Positions 49,250-59,724 are shown, counted from the first letter of the stretch. The stretch: 64,000 bases of DNA from an uncultured delta proteobacterium (GCA_963755125.1 CAVWIP010000012.1:256001-320000); one strand, 5' to 3'. A program made the numbers and translations. Notes: a model not told the origin generated them from the letters alone.

Positions 49250-49447
49250 TTTAATAACCATAGCATAACTATCGCACGTATGCAACCAAGACCAATTATT
49301 GACGTTCCATTCGGACCAACCAAGGGATACCAAAACCCATGGGCACGGGGTTCATGCCCAGTCTGCGCCCCAGCGACTGTCCTACATCTATTCCATATTG
49401 CGACACCTTGACTGTCGCCCCTCGACCGTCGACTGTAAGCTCCCACC

Positions 49448-50890
49448 ATGACCGTACGTGTCCGCATTGCGCCTTCGCCCACCGGCGATCCTCACGTGGG
49501 GACCGCCTACATCGCCCTGTTCAACTACGTGTTCGCCAAGCACCATGGCGGGCAGTTCATCCTGCGCATCGAAGACACCGACCGCACGCGCTCGACGCCA
49601 GAGTCGGAGGCAGCCATCCTGCGCGCCTTGCGCTGGGTGGGACTTTCCTGGGACGAAGGGCCCGACGTGGGTGGCCCGCACGGCCCCTATCGCCAGTCCG
49701 AGCGCGCAGAGATGTACCGACGAGAAGTCGCGAATCTGATCGCATCAGGCGCGGCCTACCGCTGCTTTTGCACGGCCGAGCGCCTGGACAGACTGCGCGT
49801 CGAGCAGAAGGGCAAGTCGGGCTTCATGGGTTACGACGGACACTGCCGCGCCTTGGACCGCGCCGCCTCGGACGCGCGGGCTGCGGCGGGCGAGCCCTTC
49901 GTTGTCCGTCTCGCCATGCCCAAGACAGGTGAGACCGTCGTGGTGGATCGTTTGCGCGGCGAGGTGCGCTTTGAAAACACCCAGATCGACGATCAGATCC
50001 TGCTGAAGACCGACGGCTTTCCGACCTACCACCTGGCCAACGTGGTCGACGATCACTTGATGGGCATCACCCACGTCATTCGCGCCGAGGAGTGGCTGAC
50101 CTCCACGCCTAAGCACGTGGTGCTGTACAGCGCATTCGGCTGGACCGCGCCCGAGTGGATCCACATGCCGCTTCTGCGCAACGCCGACAAGTCCAAGATC
50201 TCCAAGCGCAAGAATCCCGTGTCGCTCGACTACTACCGCGCGGCCGGGTTTCTGCCCGAGGCGTTGCTCAATTATCTGGGCACCATGGGCTGGTCGATTG
50301 CGGGCGATCGCGAGAAGTTCACGTTGCAGGAGATGATCGAGGCATTCACCTTCGATCGCATCAGCCTGGGCGGCCCGGTCTTCGACCTGGTCAAGCTGTC
50401 GGCTGTGAATGCGGACTATCTGCGCGCCCTGGACGACGACGGCATCGTGGCGCGGCTGCGCCAGTGGCGACTTTCGGATGACTACCTGCGATCGCTGGTA
50501 CCACTGGTGCGCAAGCGCATCCAGCGGCTGGACGAGTTCGTGCCCATGACCGAGTTCTTCTTCTCGGGCGACGTCGACCATGCGCCGTGGCTCAAGGATC
50601 TGGTTCCAGCCAATCGCACCGCCAAGGACGTGTGCGAGTGTCTGCTCGGCCTCGTCGAGGCGCTGGATAGCCAGCGCGATTTCTCGCCGCCGGCGCTGGA
50701 AGCCATGGTGCGCGGGTTTGCCGAGAAATCGGCGTGGGACGTCAAGGAACTGTTCATGGTCATGCGCCTGGCAGCCACGGCCCGCAAGGCCACGCCGCCG
50801 CTGTTCGAGACTCTCTCCGTACTTGGCCGCGATATGACCCGACGCCGGCTCCGCCTGTGCGCCGACTTTCTGAAAAAGGCCAAGACCTAA
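49448..50890 (+). CDS. gltX: Glutamate--tRNA ligase
   Basis: [44 protein letters not shown]-terminal anticodon-binding domain. Confidence 0.96.
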   Translation: MTVRVRIAPSPTGDPHVGTAYIALFNYVFAKHHGGQFILRIEDTDRTRSTPESEAAILRALRWVGLSWDEGPDVGGPHGPYRQSERAEMYRREVANLIASGAAYRCFCTAERLDRLRVEQKGKSGFMGYDGHCRALDRAASDARAAAGEPFVVRLAMPKTGETVVVDRLRGEVRFENTQIDDQILLKTDGFPTYHLANVVDDHLMGITHVIRAEEWLTSTPKHVVLYSAFGWTAPEWIHMPLLRNADKSKISKRKNPVSLDYYRAAGFLPEALLNYLGTMGWSIAGDREKFTLQEMIEAFTFDRISLGGPVFDLVKLSAVNADYLRALDDDGIVARLRQWRLSDDYLRSLVPLVRKRIQRLDEFVPMTEFFFSGDVDHAPWLKDLVPANRTAKDVCECLLGLVEALDSQRDFSPPALEAMVRGFAEKSAWDVKELFMVMRLAATARKATPPLFETLSVLGRDMTRRRLRLCADFLKKAKT

Positions 50891-51002
50891 CCGCGTGGGG
50901 AGCCGAAGGGCGGACCCTTTGAGGGTTCCCATATTGGCGCCGCTACAACAAACCACACAAAATTACAATCGCGAGACAATTGGCGTCCTAGCTTCGAGCG
51001 CC

Positions 51003-52664
51003 ATGGATGTCTCTGGTGTCTTGACAGCGTCCTACCTCGTGATCCTTCTGGCTCTCGCGGTCTACGGGTTCCACCGCTCGCTGCTGGTGTTTCTCTACTA
51101 CCGGCATCGCGATAGGCAACCGCAGGCCGCCGGCCGCTATGCCGAGTTGCCCGCGGTCACGGTACAGCTTCCGCTGTTCAACGAGATGTACGTGGTTGAG
51201 CGCCTGCTCGAGTCGGTCGCGACCATTCGCTATCCCCGCGATCGTTTTCAGATCCAGGTGCTCGACGATTCCACCGACGAGACGCAGGACATCTGCCTGC
51301 GCAAGATCGCGGCCCTGAAAAGCCATCATCCCGATCTGGACATCGAGTACGTGCGCCGCACCGACCGCACCGGATTCAAGGCGGGCGCTCTCGAGAATGG
51401 ACTGCGCACGGCCAAGGGCGAACTGGTGCTGATCTTCGACGCCGACTTCCTGCCCAAGGCTGACATCCTGGAGCGCACGGTGCACCACTTCGTCGACCCT
51501 GCCGTGGCGGTGGTGCAGTGTCGCTGGGAGCACATCAACCGCGACTTCTCGGCGCTGACCGAGGCGCAGGCGCTGATGCTCAACGGGCACTTCATCATGG
51601 AGCACGCCGCGCGCAACCGCTCGGGCCGCTTCTTCAACTTCAACGGCACCGCCGGTCTGTGGCGCCGCGCCGCCATCGTGGATGCCGGCGGCTGGCACCA
51701 CGATACCCTGACCGAGGACATGGACCTGTCGTACCGGGCGCAACTGCGCGGCTGGCGTTTCGTGTACTTGCCCGAGATCGACGCGCCCGCGGAATTGCCG
51801 GTCGAGATGTCGGCCTTCAAGGCGCAACAGTTCCGCTGGGCCAAGGGCTCCATCCAGGTGGCACGCAAGCTGCTGCCAAGAATCCTGCGTTCGCGCGCAA
51901 CGCTGGCGCAGAAGACCGAGGCGTTCTTCCACCTGACCAACAACTTCGCCTACCCGCTGTTGCTCCTCTTGTCCTTGCTGCTGCTGCCGAATCTCATCGT
52001 GCGTACGACCCACGGGGTACGCGAGGTGTTGATGATCGACCTTCCGCTCTTCTTCGGCACCACGCTGTCGATCGCGTCGTTCTATCTCGCATCCGAACGC
52101 GAGATCGCGCGGCTGCGCGGAGATCTCTTGCGCACGCCGTGGAGCACGCTGCGCCGCCTGCCGCTGGTTCTGTCGATCGGGATCGGGCTGTGCGTGAACC
52201 AGACGCGCGCGGTTTTCGAGGCCTTGCTGGGGCGCGAGACCGAGTTCGTGCGCACGCCCAAGCACGGCATCCAGGGCAAGCTGGAAAGCTGGTCGAGCAA
52301 GCGCTACCGCGCCGCCCGGTCGCTGACCCCGACGGCCGAGTTGCTCATGGCCGCCTATTTCATGGTAGCAGTCGAGGTCGCGGTCGAGCACGGCCACTAC
52401 CTGTCGGTACCATTCTTGCTGCTCTTCCTTTTCGGTTTCGGCTATGTCGGGACCGTGTCGGCCTGGCAGGGTTGGCTGGGCCAGTCCCTGCGTCGCATCT
52501 GGCAGCGCGCGGGGAACGCGCCCGCAATTTCCCTGATGGCTGCGCCGCTGGTTGCCGCCATGCCCGATTGCACGCCCGGCCCGGTCCTGCTCACATCGGA
52601 TCGGACTTCGCGACCGGCTCGGTCACGAGCGGTTGGCGAGCGGCAAGACAGCGCGACGATCTGA
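51003..52664 (+). CDS. Processive GT2 glycosyltransferase (CesA/Csl-like)
   Basis: DDSTD, KAG, FDADF, TEDMD, QQFRW (D,D,D,QxxRW); multiple TM helices. Confidence 0.92.
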   Translation: MDVSGVLTASYLVILLALAVYGFHRSLLVFLYYRHRDRQPQAAGRYAELPAVTVQLPLFNEMYVVERLLESVATIRYPRDRFQIQVLDDSTDETQDICLRKIAALKSHHPDLDIEYVRRTDRTGFKAGALENGLRTAKGELVLIFDADFLPKADILERTVHHFVDPAVAVVQCRWEHINRDFSALTEAQALMLNGHFIMEHAARNRSGRFFNFNGTAGLWRRAAIVDAGGWHHDTLTEDMDLSYRAQLRGWRFVYLPEIDAPAELPVEMSAFKAQQFRWAKGSIQVARKLLPRILRSRATLAQKTEAFFHLTNNFAYPLLLLLSLLLLPNLIVRTTHGVREVLMIDLPLFFGTTLSIASFYLASEREIARLRGDLLRTPWSTLRRLPLVLSIGIGLCVNQTRAVFEALLGRETEFVRTPKHGIQGKLESWSSKRYRAARSLTPTAELLMAAYFMVAVEVAVEHGHYLSVPFLLLFLFGFGYVGTVSAWQGWLGQSLRRIWQRAGNAPAISLMAAPLVAAMPDCTPGPVLLTSDRTSRPARSRAVGERQDSATI

Positions 52665-52815
52665 GGAATCATGCCGAGAAGACCTGCGCGTGCGGTTTTG
52701 TGCAGACCCACGACATCTTCTTCGGTCGAGACGAAGGGTGCACGTTGCAACTGTGGCATGTGACCATGGAGTTCGCGACGGATGACCAGGGCGGCCACCA
52801 CAGGACTGCGCCGCT

Positions 52816-53163
52816 CTATCGATCTCCGCTGACCTCGCGAAGACGTGCGGCCAGCCGATCCAGTCGCCTGTCTCGGCGTGCCCATCTGGTCGCGAGCGCG
52901 ACGGCCTCTGGCGTGCGGTCCAGGCGGAACAGGCACTTCGCGAGTGCGTAGCCCAGCGCGGGCTCTCGACTGCCCAGGGCTTCAGCGCGCCGAAGCAACG
53001 GCTCTCCTTGCTCGGGGCGCCCGAACTCCACGTCGAGGAGCCCAGCGCGCAGCAGCGCACTGGCATCGCTCTCCGAAGGAGAAGGGCGTGCGAGGGCGCG
53101 CAGGGCGGCGGCTCCTGAGGCCGCCAGAAGGTCTCGTTCGGCTTGGGCGGGTTGCGGGCCTAG
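52816..53163 (-). pseudogene. 3' fragment of a TPR-like gene, truncated at the IS end
   Basis: 116-codon open frame from the CTAG at the IS boundary: LGPQPAQAERDLLAA...ALLRAGLLDVEFGRPEQGEPLLRRAEAL...LGYALAKCLFRLDRTPEA; no continuation on the other side of the IS. Confidence 0.55.
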
Positions 53164-53843
53164 AGCACCGAACGGTTTGAAATCCCAGTCAAATCACGGC
53201 GTTGCGCAAGGCGGACAGGGCTCTCTCCGCCGAGCGCGCCATCGTTCAGTGGGCTGAGCGGCTTCGGCATAGGCGCTCGGTGGAAAGAGCCCCTCGCCCG
53301 TTGACGTTCCGAATTGTGGAAAATTGGCTCTGTTGATCAGGGTGTGATCTTGATGAATGCCACCGGCGACTATGGCGCCGGCGGAGGAGCACATGGCATT
53401 CGAGCGCTGGACACCACGCCCGGACTATACGAAGCGGGAAGAATTCCTTCTGCGCAGGCTGCGTCGGACGCGAAAGCTGTTCGCCTTTCTGCGAGACCAT
53501 CGGCACGAACTCTTCGACGACGGATTCCAGACGGAATTGGAGGCGATGTACCGAGACACTGGCGCGGGCAGGGAGCCAGCACCGCCTGCCCTGCTCGCGA
53601 TGATCGTCTTGTCGCGGAGTTACCTGGGCATGTCTGATGCCGAGGCTGTGGAGCTGACGGTGGTGGACCTGCGCTGGCAGATGGTGCTGGATTGAGCTAC
53701 AGAGGCGCCCGCAAGAACCTGTTCGATGTCAGGCGGGCGGCAACCGTGCAGAAACTGGAGGTCATCGACCGCCGCATCGTTGCAGCCCTCCCGTTTCAGA
53801 GGGCCGCATGATTATTCAGCTTTCAACCCGTTCGGTGCTCTAG
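53160..53843 (+). mobile_element. Non-autonomous, internally deleted IS1182/IS5-like element with terminal inverted repeats and flanking CTAG
   Basis: tagagcaccgaacggtttgaaa (53161-53182) vs tttcaacccgttcggtgctcta (53821-53842): 21/22 inverted match; CTAG at 53160-53163 and 53840-53843. Confidence 0.9.
53393..53811 (+). pseudogene. Transposase remnant: DUF772-like N-terminus joined out of frame to the extreme C-terminus
   Basis: GGAGGAG RBS; ELFDD...AMYRD...PPALLA...SDAEAV...DLRWQ then stop at 53693; second frame YRGARKNLFDVRRAATVQKL ending at 53811; DDE core absent. Confidence 0.82.
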
Positions 53844-54841
53844 TGGCCCGTTTTACCTCTACTCCCGATACCTTCTTCGTCGAGGAGGTGCCCGCCTATC
53901 TTCCGGTGGGCGAAGGGCCGCACACCTTCGTCTGGATCGAAAAGCGCGGCCTGACGACCCTGGAAGCGGTTGCGCGACTGGCCCGCGCGTTGGGCGCGCA
54001 GGCCCGCGACGTGGGTTACGCGGGCATGAAGGATCGCAACGCGACCACCCGCCAGTGGATGAGCCTGCCCGCGGTCGAGCCGGCGCTGGCCGCTGTCGTC
54101 GAACTGGACGGCCTGCGCGTACTGGAGGCGCGCCGCCACCGTAACAAGTTGCGCGTGGGACACCTTCGCGGCAACCGCTTCGAGGTCGTGCTGGGCGAGG
54201 TGGTCGCGGGAGAAAGCGATGGTCTGCGCGCGCAACTCCTGCACATCGCCGCCCACGGTCTGCCCAACCGTTACGGCCGACAGCGCTTTGGCAGCGCGGG
54301 TGACAACCTGCAGGTCGGCCTCGAGATATTGCGCGGCAACCGACGCGAGCGGGACGGTCGCCGGCGCAAGCTGCTGCTCTCGGCGGTACAGTCAGCGGTG
54401 TTCAACCGGGTGCTCGATCTGCGCGTAGCCAGCGGCGGACTCACGCTGGTGCGGCTGGGGGACATCCTGCAAAAAACCGACAGCGGAGGTTCGTTCGTGT
54501 GCGAGGAACCAGAGCGCGATCAGGTGCGCGTGGATGCCGGCGAGCTTGTCCCCACCGCGCCCCTGCCCGGCAGCCGCAGCATGGAACCTCCTGCGGGCAT
54601 GCCCGCACGTGCGCTGGAGGACCAGGCCCTGAGCGATCTCGGGCTCGCTCCTGCCGAGTTCGCCCAAGCTGGCCGCGATCTGCCTGGCACCCGCCGGCCC
54701 GTGGTGACGCCAGTCACACTGGGGGATCCGCCGCTGCAGGAAGAGAGCGACGGTCCAGGCACGGTTCGCCTGCGTTTTTCCCTGCCTGCAGGCAGCTACG
54801 CCACTGTGCTGCTCGAAGCCATGGGCGTGGCCACAAGCTGA
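53843..54841 (+). CDS. truD: tRNA pseudouridine(13) synthase, possibly 5'-truncated
   Basis: FFVEE, GEGPH, EKRG, YAGMKD..ATTRQW, LRGNRF, PNRYGRQRFG, SAVQSAVFN, LPAGSYAT; GTG overlaps the IS-flanking CTAG. Confidence 0.92.
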   Translation: MARFTSTPDTFFVEEVPAYLPVGEGPHTFVWIEKRGLTTLEAVARLARALGAQARDVGYAGMKDRNATTRQWMSLPAVEPALAAVVELDGLRVLEARRHRNKLRVGHLRGNRFEVVLGEVVAGESDGLRAQLLHIAAHGLPNRYGRQRFGSAGDNLQVGLEILRGNRRERDGRRRKLLLSAVQSAVFNRVLDLRVASGGLTLVRLGDILQKTDSGGSFVCEEPERDQVRVDAGELVPTAPLPGSRSMEPPAGMPARALEDQALSDLGLAPAEFAQAGRDLPGTRRPVVTPVTLGDPPLQEESDGPGTVRLRFSLPAGSYATVLLEAMGVATS

Positions 54842-54953
54842 ACCTCGGCCGGGACCGGTTGCGGTCATCGGCGGCGCGCCCCTCGGCGACAAACCTGTGC
54901 TAGCTTTCGCGACGGAACCGGCCTTTCCGGCTGGTCCTTCCTGAACGTGCACC

Positions 54954-55615
54954 ATGCGCATCACTGAACGCATCCTCGCTGCAACCCTGGTCGGCTCGGA
55001 CTGGGTCCTGTGGCTGCTCATCCTCCTGTCCATCCTGTCGGTCACCATCATGGTCGAGCGGGCCATCGTCATGTCGGGCCGTGCGCCGACACTCGACGAT
55101 CTCGGTGAACGCCTGCTCAAGCTCCTCGCGGCCGGCGACTTGGGCGGCGCGAGAATCTCTTGGGTCCGCCGCGCTCCCCCGAAGTGCGGGTGGCCCTGGT
55201 CGGCCTGGGCGAGCTGGCGCGCGGTCGCGTCGCCGCGGCCGAAGCTATGGCCAGCGCGCGGTCGCACGAGCGCCTGGCCATGGAGAAGCACCTGGGCATC
55301 CTCGGCACCCTGGGCAACAACTGCCCCTTCATTGGCCTGTTCGGAACCGTGCTGGGCATCATCAAGGCTTTCGCCGATCTTTCGCACAATCAGGGCGGCG
55401 GGGCTGCCGTCGTGATGGCCGGGATAGCCGAGGCGCTGGTGGCCACCGCGGTCGGGCTCATGGTCGCAATCCCGGCGGTCATCGCCTACAACATTTTCCA
55501 GGGCCGGGTGCGCCGCACGCTGGGTCGGGTGGACGCCATGGCGCACATGATCCTGGCCCGCTCGCGCGAAGAGAACGAAGCGGGAACCGCGGGATCGTCG
55601 AGCAAGGGAGCGTAG
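54954..55615 (+). pseudogene. exbB: MotA/TolQ/ExbB proton channel with a one-base frameshift near 55150-55160
   Basis: N-part WVLWLLILLSILSV..MVER; C-part [21 protein letters not shown]...[19 protein letters not shown] in a different frame. Confidence 0.85.
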
Positions 55616-55618
55616 GTC

Positions 55619-56092
55619 ATGGTGAGCGCGGCCAGTCGCTTCGAGGACGATGATTCGGGCCGGATGATCACCGACATCAACGTCACGCCTCTGGTGGATA
55701 TCACGCTGGTTTTGCTCATCATCTTCATGGTCACCACCACATACATCGTGAACCCGTCGATCAAGGTCGAGTTGCCCAAGGCCGCGAGCGGGACCGAGCA
55801 GACGCGCACTACGCTGGCGCTGACCTTGACAAAGGAAGGCGTGCTCTACCTCAATGGTGAGCCCTCGGACGACGCCGGGGTTGTCCGCTCCATCGCGGCC
55901 GATCTGCCCAAGAACCCCGACCTGCAGGCCATCATCGCCGCTGACAAGGTGGTGCCCCACGGCAACGTCGTACACCTCATCGACCTGGTCAAGCGCGCAG
56001 GCGTGCGCAAATTCGCCATCAACGTCGATGCCGCCTACCAGACAGGTGTGCCCCTGCCTGCGGGCAGCGTGCCCGTAGCTCCCACACGCTAG
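55619..56092 (+). CDS. exbD: ExbD/TolR biopolymer transporter
   Basis: INVTPLVDITLVLLIIFMVT, ELPKA, IAADK.VPHG. Confidence 0.93.
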   Translation: MVSAASRFEDDDSGRMITDINVTPLVDITLVLLIIFMVTTTYIVNPSIKVELPKAASGTEQTRTTLALTLTKEGVLYLNGEPSDDAGVVRSIAADLPKNPDLQAIIAADKVVPHGNVVHLIDLVKRAGVRKFAINVDAAYQTGVPLPAGSVPVAPTR

Positions 56093-56103
56093 GGAGAACC
56101 ACG

Positions 56104-56877
56104 GTGGCCAACGGCGTCGCGCTCGGCGGGTGGCGTTCTCATGCGACCCTCTGGGGCGCGATGGTGGCACTCGTCGCGCACATCGCCCTGGCGCTGATGG
56201 TGTCCTCGATCCTGCTTCGGCCTAGGACGGGGCGGCCACCAGTCACCGTCGAGATCGACACCATCGAGAGACATCCCGCCCCGCTGGAGCCGCCGCCCAT
56301 CGAACCAAAGATCGAGCCCCCGCCGCCCGCACCCCGCGTGACAAATCGATGGCCCGCGGCCAAGCCGCCCGCGCCGCTGCCGCTCCCCAACCGCGAGGTG
56401 CCTCCAGCGCCGCCCAGTGCAGAACCTCCGCCGGTCGTCTTCGGCGTCACGCCCGAATCAGTCGTCGAGGGTGAAAGTGGGGTGGCGGTGCCGGTGGGAA
56501 ACACGTTGATGACCAAGGATCGCACGCCGGCCAAGGAACCGCCTGCGCCGCTTCCGCCTGCGGTCGACCCTAACGCCTTCGCGCCCGTGGCTGACAACTT
56601 GATAGCCGAGGATGCAGCCAGGATCGTCGAGGTCAAGCCCGAGTACCCGGCCGAGGCGCGGCGGCTGCAAATCGAGGGCCAGGTGAAGCTGCGCGTGGCC
56701 ATCGATCGCCAGGGCAACATTCGGTGGACACGAGTCATCAAGTCGGCCGGCTACGGCATGGACGAGGCCGCGAAGCAGGGCCTGGCTCGGACCAAGTTCA
56801 GGCCTGCCCGTGCCTACGACGGACGCGCGGTCGACCAAGTCATCACTCTCACCTACACGTTTCAGCTGCGAGACTGA
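56104..56877 (+). CDS. tonB: Energy transducer TonB
   Basis: TM helix with His, Pro-rich linker, PEYPAEARRLQIEGQV...IDRQG...FRPA TonB_C domain. Confidence 0.9.
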   Translation: MANGVALGGWRSHATLWGAMVALVAHIALALMVSSILLRPRTGRPPVTVEIDTIERHPAPLEPPPIEPKIEPPPPAPRVTNRWPAAKPPAPLPLPNREVPPAPPSAEPPPVVFGVTPESVVEGESGVAVPVGNTLMTKDRTPAKEPPAPLPPAVDPNAFAPVADNLIAEDAARIVEVKPEYPAEARRLQIEGQVKLRVAIDRQGNIRWTRVIKSAGYGMDEAAKQGLARTKFRPARAYDGRAVDQVITLTYTFQLRD

Positions 56878-56934
56878 AAGGTGGACAAGGCCGCGCAACG
56901 CCGGTTATCCTCGGTGTGGATTTTCCTGCGCGCC

Positions 56935-58920
56935 ATGCGTGGAGCCCCCTTTGCCCTAGCCTGTTTTGTCAGCGCCCTGTACCCGGGCGCGTCGGTTTGG
57001 GCACAGGGCGTAGCGAGCGGCCCGACTGCGGATCGGTCGTTCGACATCCAGCTTTTCCACCCGGCGGTTGGCCGCAATAGCTACGTCACCCTGGACAGTG
57101 CCGATGTTCCGGGGCACCTCCTGTACAACGTGGGCCTGCTGACCAACTATCAATACGGCGCCTTCGCACTCGACTCCACCATGAACGGCAGCACCCAACA
57201 GCTCGATGTCGTGCGCCACCAGGCCATGGCCGAGCTGTACGGGGCGGTGGGACTCTTCAACCTGTTCGAGGTCGGCGTCGCTCTGCCCATGACCTTGTAC
57301 CTGTCGGGTGACGACTTCGATGCCACGGGCCAGGGCACCGGCACCTCGATCGACGCCCATGGGATCGGCGACCTGCGGGTCGAGGGTAAGGCTGCGCTGT
57401 GGGCGTTTGGCCGCGATCAGGCCTTCGTGTTCGGCCTGTCCGCAGGTGCGACCTTTCCCACCGGCGGTTCGGCGAACTTCCTCGGCGACAAGACCGTCAC
57501 CGGCCGGGGCCGGGTCTTGCTCGAATACCAGAGCTCGGATCGCTTCCGCGCCCTGGTCATGCTGGGAGCCTTGCTGCGAGAGAAATCACATTTTTTCGAC
57601 GCCGTGCAGGGGGACCAGATGTTGTACGGCGCAGCGGTCGACTACCGCGTGCTGCCCGACATGTCGGTACTAGCTGAGCTCACCGGTCGGGTCGGTTCGT
57701 TGAGCTACGTCGACGCCAATCCGGCCGAGCTCGACATGGCCATGCGCGCTTACCTGCCCTCCATGTTCAGTCTGTTGATGGGCGTCGGCGTGGGCCTCGA
57801 CCACGGCATCGGCAGTCCCATGTTCCGCGGTTTCGTGGGTCTGGGCTGGGCACCGGATTTTCGCGACCGGGACCATGACGGCATCATCGATATTCTCGAT
57901 CGCTGCCCCGACGAACCCGAGGACAAGGACGGTTTCCAGGACGACGACGGCTGCCCCGACGAGGACAACGACAATGACGGCATCCCCGACGCCCTCGACA
58001 AGTGCCCCAACGAGCCCGAGGATTTCGACGGCTTCCAGGATGAGGACGGCTGCCCTGACCCTGACAATGACCACGACGGCATCCCTGACGTCGACGACGC
58101 CTGCCCCAACGAGCCCGAGGACGGCAAGGGCAAGCGTCCCTTCGACGGCTGTCCGAGCACGGTGGAGGACTCCGACGGCGACGGCATCCCCGACGTGAAG
58201 GACCTGTGTCCGGAAGAGCCCGAGGACAAGGACGGTTTCCAGGACGACGACGGTTGCCCCGACCCCGACAATGACAACGACGGCGTCCCCGATATCTACG
58301 ATGCCTGCCCCAACGACCCCGAGGACATGGACGGCTTCGAAGACGACGATGGCTGCCCCGACCTGGACAACGACAAGGATGGGATTCCGGACAAACTGGA
58401 CAGGTGTCCCAACGAACCGGAGACGCTCAATGGCTACAAGGACGACAACGGCTGTCCTGACCCAGGCGCGCCGATCGTCGTGCTCCGTGAGGACAAGATC
58501 GACATCATTGAGCGCATCACCTTCCTGCCCGGTCAGACCGAGCTGAGTCCCGCGGGCCTCAGCATCGTCAAGCTGGTGGCCATGGTCATGCGCGGGCACA
58601 CCGAGCTGGCGCGCGTGCGCATCGACGTGCGCGCCGACGGCGTGACCGAGGACACCATGCGGGGACGCGCCCAGGAGGTGGCCAAGGCCCTTACGGCCCA
58701 TGGCGTTGATGCCAAGCGACTCAAGCTGGGCAACGTGAGTTCCGGCTCCGGTCGCGTCCAGTTCATCATCGAGAGCCGCTCGGCGCCCAGGAATATCAAG
58801 GCCCGTTTCCCAGCGGCGCCCCAGACGGCCCCCGAAACGCCGCCACCCCAGGCACCACCCACTGAGACGGCTCCACCCCAGGCACCGTCCCCTGAAACAC
58901 CACCACCCCAGGCGCCCTAA
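56935..58920 (+). CDS. Outer-membrane beta-barrel protein with thrombospondin type-3 repeats and a degenerate OmpA-like C-terminal domain
   Basis: Signal peptide, amphipathic strands (GIGDLRVEGK, TFPTG), six DxDxDG...CP...DGCP repeats, OmpA-like tail, (ETxPPQAP)x3; alternative GTG start at 56881. Confidence 0.85.
   Translation: MRGAPFALACFVSALYPGASVWAQGVASGPTADRSFDIQLFHPAVGRNSYVTLDSADVPGHLLYNVGLLTNYQYGAFALDSTMNGSTQQLDVVRHQAMAELYGAVGLFNLFEVGVALPMTLYLSGDDFDATGQGTGTSIDAHGIGDLRVEGKAALWAFGRDQAFVFGLSAGATFPTGGSANFLGDKTVTGRGRVLLEYQSSDRFRALVMLGALLREKSHFFDAVQGDQMLYGAAVDYRVLPDMSVLAELTGRVGSLSYVDANPAELDMAMRAYLPSMFSLLMGVGVGLDHGIGSPMFRGFVGLGWAPDFRDRDHDGIIDILDRCPDEPEDKDGFQDDDGCPDEDNDNDGIPDALDKCPNEPEDFDGFQDEDGCPDPDNDHDGIPDVDDACPNEPEDGKGKRPFDGCPSTVEDSDGDGIPDVKDLCPEEPEDKDGFQDDDGCPDPDNDNDGVPDIYDACPNDPEDMDGFEDDDGCPDLDNDKDGIPDKLDRCPNEPETLNGYKDDNGCPDPGAPIVVLREDKIDIIERITFLPGQTELSPAGLSIVKLVAMVMRGHTELARVRIDVRADGVTEDTMRGRAQEVAKALTAHGVDAKRLKLGNVSSGSGRVQFIIESRSAPRNIKARFPAAPQTAPETPPPQAPPTETAPPQAPSPETPPPQAP
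57865..58461 (+). repeat. Six approximately 99-bp coding repeats (TSP3 calcium-binding)
   Basis: Repeated DNDNDGIPD..DxCPxEPEDxDGFxDxDGCPD units. Confidence 0.9.
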
Positions 58921-58950
58921 CCCGGTTCGGTTTACACTGGTTCAAGCGAC

Positions 58951-59724
58951 ATGAAACCCCGAGGCTGGGCCGTCACCGACGTTGGCCGCAAGCGCGAGCA
59001 CAACGAGGACAGTTTCCTGTGCAGCGATGAGTTGCAGCTCTACGCCGTGGCCGACGGCATGGGTGGCCACCTCGGGGGAGAGCGCGCCAGTCGCATGGCG
59101 GCCGAGATCCTGGAACGCGAGATGGCCGCGCGCCTGGCGAAGGGCCCACGCGCGGAACTGACCGGCGAGGCGATGGCGCAGGCTCTCACTGAATCGACTG
59201 CGGCTGCGTCACGGGCGATCTTCGAGAGTGCCCAGTGCGAGCCGAACTATGCGGGCATGGGCACCACCCTGACAGGCCTGTGTTTCCACGGCGGGAGCGT
59301 GACCCTGTGCCACGTGGGGGACTCGCGCGCGTACCTCTTCCGCGACGGGCGCGCGCGCCAACTCACCAACGATCACTCGTGGGTTCAGGAACAGGTGCGG
59401 GCGGGCCTGGTCTCTGCTGACGATGTCTTGGTTTCCCGCTTTCGCAACATCATCACGCGGTCGGTGGGCTTCGAGCCTGGCGTTTCCCCCGACAGCCTGA
59501 CGGTGCTGGTGGAAACGGGCGACTGCTTCCTCTTGTGCTCCGATGGCCTGTGTAACTACTTTTCCCCCGAAGAACTGGCCAGCGTGCTGAGCAAGAATTT
59601 CTATGGCGAAGCCGGAGCGGCCCTGGTCACCATGGCCAACGAGCGCGGGGGCGACGACAACATCACCTGCGTGATCGTGTACGTCGCGAACGTGCTTGCT
59701 GGGCCTACCGATTCGACCGCCTGA
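58951..59724 (+). CDS. PP2C-type Ser/Thr phosphatase (Stp1/PrpC-like)
   Basis: TDVGRKREHNED, VADGMGG, GMGTT, HVGDSRAY, LCSDGL, GGDDNIT. Confidence 0.94.
   Translation: MKPRGWAVTDVGRKREHNEDSFLCSDELQLYAVADGMGGHLGGERASRMAAEILEREMAARLAKGPRAELTGEAMAQALTESTAAASRAIFESAQCEPNYAGMGTTLTGLCFHGGSVTLCHVGDSRAYLFRDGRARQLTNDHSWVQEQVRAGLVSADDVLVSRFRNIITRSVGFEPGVSPDSLTVLVETGDCFLLCSDGLCNYFSPEELASVLSKNFYGEAGAALVTMANERGGDDNITCVIVYVANVLAGPTDSTA

Noticed and set aside
11405..55165. Programmed ribosomal frameshifting as the explanation for the three split genes
   Set aside because: No X XXY YYZ slippery heptamer or shared signal at the three sites; error or simple mutation is more parsimonious.
54954..56877. Calling the motor genes aglR/aglQ/aglS or tolQ/tolR/tolA
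   Set aside because: Only one TolR-like gene, a canonical TonB_C domain and no tolB/pal or glt genes nearby; phylogeny is needed.
57865..58461. CRISPR-like periodic repeats
   Set aside because: These are in-frame coding TSP3 repeats with synonymous variation.
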